DNA of 64,000 nt from Geopsychrobacteraceae bacterium (GTDB lineage Bacteria; Desulfobacterota; Desulfuromonadia; Desulfuromonadales; Geopsychrobacteraceae): NCBI GenBank assembly GCA_963662315.1, contig OY759353.1, positions 4,448,001 to 4,512,000 of the forward strand, in the 5' to 3' direction. Below the pieces are notes generated by a model, which was not told the origin of the DNA, searched no databases, and saw only the letters and a list, made by a program, of their open reading frames with translations. This document shows positions 58,006 to 64,000 of this stretch, one piece after another. The translations under genes and the position numbers were made by a program. How positions within the stretch are numbered: the stretch's first letter is position 1; each line of letters starts with the position of its first letter.

Positions 58006-60575
58006 GTTTGCATGGAGGCAATCTAAACGCTGCTGCCGTCCTGGCAGGTATCCCTCGAAGCGAGCTGCTCGATTTTTCGGCCAATATCAATCCCCTTGGC
58101 TTTCCCGACTGGTTGCGCCCGCTGATCAGTTCCAGCGTTGAAGCACTGCTTCATTATCCTGACCCTGAGTGTACCGAACTGCTTGCCGCCATGTCTGCCA
58201 CATTGGATGTCCCGACGGAAATGCTCGTGGTCGGTAACGGTGCCAGTGAGTTACTGGCCGCATTACCGCGGGTACTTGCCTGTCGTAGTCTGTTATTGCC
58301 GGTACCCAGCTATATTGAATATCGTCTGGCGGCGGAACAGTCTGGGGTGATGGTTGAACCCTTTGTGCTGACTGCCGAAACCGACTTTGCGCTTGATACC
58401 CAACGCCTGAAGCAGGCGCTTAAACCGGGGCAGATGGTGATTATCGGGCAGCCGAACAATCCGACCGGCACCTTGTGTTCTCGAGAGGACTTACTCGCTG
58501 TCATTACCAGTTGCCCGGACAATGTCTTTGTTATTGATGAATCGTTCATCGATTTCTGTGACGTCGATAGCTATTCCTTGCGCCAACAGAGCCTGGACAA
58601 TCTGATTGTTGTTCAGTCTTTGACCAAAGCCTGGGGGATTCCCGGGCTGCGCCTTGGTTTTGTGATTGCGCCGCCTGCGGTGGCGAAGCAGCTTAAAGCG
58701 GCATTGCCTGTCTGGTCGGTCAATGTCCTGGCACAGGTCGTTGGTACCCGCGCTTTTCAGGATAACGAGTTTCTGCCTGCGACGCGCCATTATGTGGATC
58801 AGCAGCGGGATCTGCTCTTTAAGCGTCTGGCGGCGTTGCCGGGATTAACCCCGTTGGCCGGTTCTGCCAACTTTCTGCTGGTGCGGGTCGATCCGCAGCG
58901 CATAGCGGCCGCGGCGCTCATCAAGGCGTTGCTGAAGAAGGGCATCATGGTGCGGCGCTGCGATAATTTCGATGGCTTGGGCGACAATTATGTCCGCATC
59001 GCTGTGCGCAATGAAGATGAAAACCGGCGTTTGTGCGACGCCCTGGAAAGTGTTTTGCAGCCGGTCTCCAAAGGAATCTCCAGAACCCGTAAAACTCCGG
59101 CCCTTATGTTTCAGGGCACGGGCTCGAACGCCGGTAAGAGTATCCTGACCGCGGCCATGTGCCGTATCCTGCAGCAGGATGGTGTCCGTGTTGCTCCCTT
59201 TAAGGCTCAGAATATGTCACTGAACTCCTGTGTCACGTTCCAGGGGGGGGAAATGGGACGCGCCCAGGTGCTGCAGGCCCAGGCGGCCCGTCTTGATCCC
59301 GATGTACGCATGAACCCGGTGCTGTTAAAGCCGAGCAGCAGGACCGGATCGCAGGTGATTGTCTGTGGCAAGGTGCTTGAGACCATGGATTTTAAAGATT
59401 ATGCAGCGCGTCGAGCCGCGATCTTCAGTGACGTTCGCGATTGTTATGACAGTCTTGCAGCGGAGCATCAGGTTATGGTGCTTGAAGGTGCCGGCAGTCC
59501 AGCCGAGATCAATTTGAAATCACGCGACATTGTCAATATGAATATGGCCCGCTATGCGGAGGCCAGGGTTCTGCTGGTGGGCGACATTGACCGCGGCGGT
59601 GTTTTCGCCTCTTTTGTCGGCACCATGGAGCTGCTCAACGAGTGGGAACGTGGTCTGGTTGAAGGTTTTGTCATCAATCGCTTCCGTGGTGATGCGACGT
59701 TACTGGGAGATGCTCTGGAGCGCACCAGTCTGCATAGTGGCAAACCGTTTCTGGGGGTGGTTCCGTATTTACCTCAGCTGGGGTTACCGGAAGAGGACTC
59801 TGTAGATTTCAAAGATGGTCTGCTCGAAACAACGCGGCCTGTTGGTGATGTGCTCGATATCGCTCTGGTTGATCTGCCGCATATTTCCAACTTTACCGAC
59901 TTTGATGCTCTGCGCGAAGCACAAGATGCTCATGTGCGTAAGGTCACCCGGGTGGTTGATTTGGGCACTCCTGATGTTGTTATTCTGCCCGGCAGCAAGA
60001 ATGTCATTCATGATCTTGGCTGGTTAAAAGACAGCGGTTTTGCCGGTGCCGTGCAACACCTGGCTGCAAGTGGAACGACCGAGGTTGTCGGTATCTGTGG
60101 GGGCTATCAGCTGTTGGGGCAAAAAATTTCGGATCCCCACGGCATTGAGTCCAGCGGACTTGAGTGCCAGGGGCTGGGCTTGCTCGACATGAACACCATT
60201 CTGGCCCCGCAGAAGACCACCACCAGCTGTCAGGCACGACACCTGGGTTCAGGCGAGGTTTTGCGCGGCTATGAAATTCACCATGGTTTAAGTACCGGTA
60301 ATAATGTAGACCCTTTGGTTGAGCGTAATGATGGTATGCCATTGGGGTGCAGTGCTCAGGGGCGTGACTGGATCTGGGGAACCTATCTGCATGGTGTGTT
60401 TGACGCCGACGGTTTCCGCAACTGGTTTCTGGACCGGGTGCGCATGCGGAAAGGGTGGGTAGCTTTGGGAAGCTCCCGCGCTGTTTATGATCTGGAACCT
60501 GCCCTTGACCGCCTGGCTTCTCATGTGCGTGAGCATCTGGATATGGAACGCATTTACCGGATTCTGAAACTGTGA
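58002..60575 (+). CDS. cobQ: Fused L-threonine-O-3-phosphate decarboxylase (CobD) and cobyric acid synthase (CobQ/CbiP)
   Basis: HGGN..DFSANINP, PNNPTG, SLTK..GLRLG; then QGTGSNAGKS, FKAQNM, EGAGS, GICGGYQ, GYEIH, GTYLHG. Confidence 0.92.
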   Translation: MSLHGGNLNAAAVLAGIPRSELLDFSANINPLGFPDWLRPLISSSVEALLHYPDPECTELLAAMSATLDVPTEMLVVGNGASELLAALPRVLACRSLLLPVPSYIEYRLAAEQSGVMVEPFVLTAETDFALDTQRLKQALKPGQMVIIGQPNNPTGTLCSREDLLAVITSCPDNVFVIDESFIDFCDVDSYSLRQQSLDNLIVVQSLTKAWGIPGLRLGFVIAPPAVAKQLKAALPVWSVNVLAQVVGTRAFQDNEFLPATRHYVDQQRDLLFKRLAALPGLTPLAGSANFLLVRVDPQRIAAAALIKALLKKGIMVRRCDNFDGLGDNYVRIAVRNEDENRRLCDALESVLQPVSKGISRTRKTPALMFQGTGSNAGKSILTAAMCRILQQDGVRVAPFKAQNMSLNSCVTFQGGEMGRAQVLQAQAARLDPDVRMNPVLLKPSSRTGSQVIVCGKVLETMDFKDYAARRAAIFSDVRDCYDSLAAEHQVMVLEGAGSPAEINLKSRDIVNMNMARYAEARVLLVGDIDRGGVFASFVGTMELLNEWERGLVEGFVINRFRGDATLLGDALERTSLHSGKPFLGVVPYLPQLGLPEEDSVDFKDGLLETTRPVGDVLDIALVDLPHISNFTDFDALREAQDAHVRKVTRVVDLGTPDVVILPGSKNVIHDLGWLKDSGFAGAVQHLAASGTTEVVGICGGYQLLGQKISDPHGIESSGLECQGLGLLDMNTILAPQKTTTSCQARHLGSGEVLRGYEIHHGLSTGNNVDPLVERNDGMPLGCSAQGRDWIWGTYLHGVFDADGFRNWFLDRVRMRKGWVALGSSRAVYDLEPALDRLASHVREHLDMERIYRILKL

Positions 60576-61510
60576 TCTCTTTGTCGTGGCAGATTCTGCT
60601 GGCGCTGGCGCTGGACGCACTATGTGGTGATCCGCGCTGGCTGCCCCATCCGGTGAAAGGGATCGGCTGGCTGGCCCGGCGGGTTGAAGAACCGTTACGC
60701 AAAGTGTTGCCCGAACGGCAGGCTGGCATTGCGGTCGTTATTATGGTGATTGGTGGCACGGTTGGCTGTGGGGTTGTGGTTCAGCAGTTGTTCACCCTGT
60801 TGCATCCGTTGCTGGGTGATCTGGTGAGCATTATTCTGCTCTATACCTGCTTCGCCATGCAGGATCTGCGGCGCCATGCTCTGGCTGTCTATCGACCGTT
60901 ACAGGCTGGCGATCTGGTTGCTGCCCGTGAACGGGTGTCCTGGCTCGTTGGTCGAGATACAGCGGATCTGGATGAAGGGGAAGTTACTCGGGCAACGGTT
61001 GAAAGCGTAGCTGAAAATACCGTTGACGGTGTGACAGCACCACTTTTTTATGCGCTTATCGCCGGGTTGCCGGGGGCGTTGTTCTATAAGGCGGTCAATA
61101 CACTGGATTCGAACTTCGGCTACAAAAACGAGCGTTATCTTCATTTTGGCTGGGCCCCGGCCCGCTTCGATGATCTGGTCAACTTTGTCCCGGCCCGTCT
61201 GACCGCACTGCTGGTCCCTGCTGCTGCGGCTGTTTGTGGTTATGACTGGCGGCGTAGCTGGCGCATTTTCTGCCGTGATCGCCATCAGCACCCGAGTCCC
61301 AACGGTGGCCAGATCGAAGCCGCCATGGCCGGAGCTCTGGGGGTGAGACTGGGAGGAGAGAACAGTTACTTTGGCAAGAAATCGTTTCGCCCCTACATGG
61401 GGGATGCCGATCAGCCGTTGCAGAGTAAGCATATTCTGCACGTTGTGAAGTTGATGGTTGTGACGACGCTGTTGGTGCTTATTGTTGGTTTGTTGCTGCG
61501 GAATTTTTAG
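60572..61510 (+). CDS. cbiB: Adenosylcobinamide-phosphate synthase
   Basis: GDP..PHPV, VGRDT, ESVAEN, KAVNTLDS, HPSPNGG. Confidence 0.94.
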   Translation: MISLSWQILLALALDALCGDPRWLPHPVKGIGWLARRVEEPLRKVLPERQAGIAVVIMVIGGTVGCGVVVQQLFTLLHPLLGDLVSIILLYTCFAMQDLRRHALAVYRPLQAGDLVAARERVSWLVGRDTADLDEGEVTRATVESVAENTVDGVTAPLFYALIAGLPGALFYKAVNTLDSNFGYKNERYLHFGWAPARFDDLVNFVPARLTALLVPAAAAVCGYDWRRSWRIFCRDRHQHPSPNGGQIEAAMAGALGVRLGGENSYFGKKSFRPYMGDADQPLQSKHILHVVKLMVVTTLLVLIVGLLLRNF

Positions 61511-61524
61511 CGAACACAGAATAT

Positions 61525-61569
61525 TTGAAATCTCAAATTTGACATCTGAAATCTCTCCTGTTGGGAGAG
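61525..61569 (+). repeat. Heptamer array plus hairpin
   Basis: TTGAAAT CTCAAAT TTGACAT CTGAAAT followed by CTCTCC-TGTTG-GGAGAG. Confidence 0.6.
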
Positions 61570-61588
61570 AAGGAAAGGCTAAACAGGT

Positions 61589-62110
61589 ATGGCAAAGAAT
61601 ATTCTCATCTTCACCGGTAACGGCAAGGGGAAATCAACGGCCGCTTTCGGCATGGCGATCCGTGCTTACGGGCATGGTCACAGAATCAAAATTCTGCAGT
61701 TCATGAAGTCTGATGACACCACCGGTGAAATTCATACGCTGCGTGAAAAACTTGGTATCGAGATCAAGCAGACCGGCCTCGGCTTTGTGCCAAAACCGGA
61801 TAGCCCGAAATATGCAGCTCACCGTGAGGCGGCCCAGAAGGGGTTTGCCGAAGCTGTAGACGCAATGCAGAGCGGCGCTTATGACCTGCTGGTTCTTGAT
61901 GAAATCTGTGGTTCGATTTCCTGTGGTCTGATTGATGAGGCGCAGGTATTGGATGCTCTGGCGCAGTCTCGTGACGATATCAATATCGCCCTGACCGGTC
62001 GTAATGCGACCGAGGCCCTTATTGCGGTTGCAGATACCGTTTCTGAAGTGGTGCCGATCAAACATGCCATGGAAGCTGGAAAACCTGCTGAGATCGGGAT
62101 CGAGTATTAA
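61589..62110 (+). CDS. cobO: Cob(I)alamin adenosyltransferase (CobA/BtuR/CobO)
   Basis: TGNGKGKSTAA, QFMK, LDE, TGR, KH...GIEY. Confidence 0.93.
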   Translation: MAKNILIFTGNGKGKSTAAFGMAIRAYGHGHRIKILQFMKSDDTTGEIHTLREKLGIEIKQTGLGFVPKPDSPKYAAHREAAQKGFAEAVDAMQSGAYDLLVLDEICGSISCGLIDEAQVLDALAQSRDDINIALTGRNATEALIAVADTVSEVVPIKHAMEAGKPAEIGIEY

Positions 62111-63519
62111 TGACTGCCGCTGCACTGAGCATACCACGCTTGCTGATTGCCGGGACCCAGAGTGGAGTCGGTAAGTCGAGTATAACGCTGGCACTGGTTG
62201 CGGCGTTACGTCAGCGTGGGCTGGCTGTGCAGACCTACAAGGTTGGCCCCGATTATCTTGATCCCGGTCATCTGGCCAGAGTTTCTGGACGTCCCTGCTA
62301 TAACCTTGACAGTTGGATGTCGAGCCACGACTACCTGCGCGACCTGCTGGTACGGACCGGATGTGATGCTGATATCTGCCTGGTTGAAGGCGTCATGGGG
62401 CTGTTTGATGGCAGCAGCAGTCACAGCCTGTCGGGCAGCAGCGCTGAAATAGCCGCCCTGCTGGATATCCCGGTTGCGCTGGTGGTAAACAGCCACGGCA
62501 TGGCCCGTAGCGTGGCTGCTCTGGTGAACGGTTATCATCATTTTGAGGATCGGGTCCGGCTGGCCGGGGTGATTGCCAATCGCTGCGGGTCGCTTCGCCA
62601 TGCGGAGTTGCTGGCTGAGGCGCTGGAGGCTGCCGGGCTGCCTGGTCTGCTGGGATCTATCCCGCGCGATGGGTTGCCGCAATTGTCCAGTCGCCATCTC
62701 GGTCTTGTTTCTGCCGATGAGCAAACCTTGTCGGATGATTTGATCGCGCAACTGGCCTCTGCAGCCGAAACCTCGCTTGATCTGGATCAGTTGCTGGAAA
62801 AAGCCCATATGGCTGGCCCACTTTCAGGTTCAACATCATTGGGGCGCAATAGCGCTGAAGGACGACGCGTCAGGCTCGGTGTCGCTCGGGATGCTGCTTT
62901 TCAGTTTTATTACGCCGACCTGTTCAACCAGCTCAAGGTACGCGGGTGTGAACCCATATTTTTTTCACCGCTTACGGATACTTATTTACCTGCGGACCTT
63001 GACGGTCTGTACCTGGGGGGCGGTTATCCAGAGGTCTATGCCGGACAGCTGGCGGATAACCACGGCATGTTAGCTGATATCAGAAAATTTTGTGCTGCGG
63101 GCAAACCGGTTTATGCCGAGTGTGGAGGACTGATCTATCTGACCCTTGGGGTTGAATATGAGCAGCATCGCTACTCACTGGTCGGGGAGATTCCGACCTG
63201 GACCAGGATGCTGGACAAGCGTAAAACCCTTGGATATGTAACCGCCGAGTTGACTGCTGACTCACTGTTTGGCGATGCCTCAACCTGCTTTCGTGGACAT
63301 GAATTTCATTACTCGGAACTTATTCAAGAACCAACCGGCGCTGGCGGTTGGCAAGCTGTCTACCGGCTGACTCAGAATCGCGGTGGGCAGATCCGGCCAG
63401 AAGGGTACCAACGCGGTAATGTCCTGGCGAGTTATGCTCATTTGAATCTCGCTTCCCATCCTGGCGCGCTCGATATGTTTATCGCCAGATTGAGGGATTC
63501 CGAAGCTGTTTCTGATTAA
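62110..63519 (+). CDS. cbiA: Cobyrinic acid a,c-diamide synthase
   Basis: SGVGKS, KVGPDYLD, EGVMGLFDG, SRHLGL, GGGYPE, AECGG, GHEFHYS. Confidence 0.94.
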   Translation: MTAAALSIPRLLIAGTQSGVGKSSITLALVAALRQRGLAVQTYKVGPDYLDPGHLARVSGRPCYNLDSWMSSHDYLRDLLVRTGCDADICLVEGVMGLFDGSSSHSLSGSSAEIAALLDIPVALVVNSHGMARSVAALVNGYHHFEDRVRLAGVIANRCGSLRHAELLAEALEAAGLPGLLGSIPRDGLPQLSSRHLGLVSADEQTLSDDLIAQLASAAETSLDLDQLLEKAHMAGPLSGSTSLGRNSAEGRRVRLGVARDAAFQFYYADLFNQLKVRGCEPIFFSPLTDTYLPADLDGLYLGGGYPEVYAGQLADNHGMLADIRKFCAAGKPVYAECGGLIYLTLGVEYEQHRYSLVGEIPTWTRMLDKRKTLGYVTAELTADSLFGDASTCFRGHEFHYSELIQEPTGAGGWQAVYRLTQNRGGQIRPEGYQRGNVLASYAHLNLASHPGALDMFIARLRDSEAVSD

Positions 63520-63556
63520 GAGCATGCTGAATACAATGTGACAAGGAGCTGTTTTT

Positions 63557-64000
63557 ATGACAGAGAGAGAAGACAAACCGTTGATTCATAAACTCCTGGA
63601 AGATCCTATCAGTGGCCAGGAGATTGAAGAATACTCGTTTGCGGTTATTGATGCTGAAGCGACAGGTTACCGTCATTCTTCCCAGGAATGGCAGGTCGTC
63701 AGACGCCTGATTCATACCAGCGCTGATTTTGCCATGAGTGACCTGATCCGTTTTTCCAATGGTGCGATTGCTTCCGGTTGCGACGCGCTGCGTGCCGGGA
63801 AAACCATTTACGCCGACAGCAACATGATCCGCAGTGGTCTGTCCGTGGCGCGGTTGCAGGGGGTTAATCCAAACTATACCCGCGATAGTATTTTGTGCCA
63901 CGTTGCTGATGAGGATGTTGCCGAACAGGCGCGCCAATCAGGTCTGCCACGGTCTTTGTTTGCGATTCGCAAAGCTGGAAAACAGCTCGATGGCGGGATT
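63557..64000 (+). CDS. cbiC: Precorrin-8X/cobalt-precorrin-8 methylmutase, truncated by the window edge
   Basis: Manual translation MTEREDKPL...IEEYSFAVID...VVRRLIHTSADF...DSNMIRSG; RBS AAGGAG. Confidence 0.88.
   Translation, partial: MTEREDKPLIHKLLEDPISGQEIEEYSFAVIDAEATGYRHSSQEWQVVRRLIHTSADFAMSDLIRFSNGAIASGCDALRAGKTIYADSNMIRSGLSVARLQGVNPNYTRDSILCHVADEDVAEQARQSGLPRSLFAIRKAGKQLDGGI

Overview
Chromosomal window from an anaerobic deltaproteobacterium, most likely Desulfuromonadales (inferred from the Geobacter-like nif regulators, the porin-cytochrome operon and codon style). Left to right: (1) a sugar-acid catabolic locus (TRAP transporter, idnO, idnD, and a divergent IlvD/Edd-family dehydratase); (2) small accessory genes, including a frameshifted PGGG-repeat gene and a nitroreductase remnant; (3) a DUF5320-NifB/X-2x Fe-S P-loop ATPase-flavodiiron operon; (4) a ~30 kb nitrogen-fixation island (nifV, nifEN, a NifU-N/NifQ fusion, nifHDKX-fdx-nifY-like, nifB, draT/draG plus a macrodomain gene, GnfR/GnfK-like regulators, two glnK-amtB pairs) that contains an OmbB-OmaB-OmcB-like porin-cytochrome operon and an un-called UxxC selenoprotein gene; (5) glucosylglycerate synthesis and degradation genes, each with a sigma54 promoter; (6) an intact IS4-family element and a Ni/Co ECF transporter with a NikR-like box; (7) a cobalamin operon behind two divergent B12 riboswitches, with tandem cobT paralogues. 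Nine sigma54 promoters and several ANTAR hairpin/terminator attenuators are readable directly in the DNA. All family calls come from motif recognition; no database searches were run.
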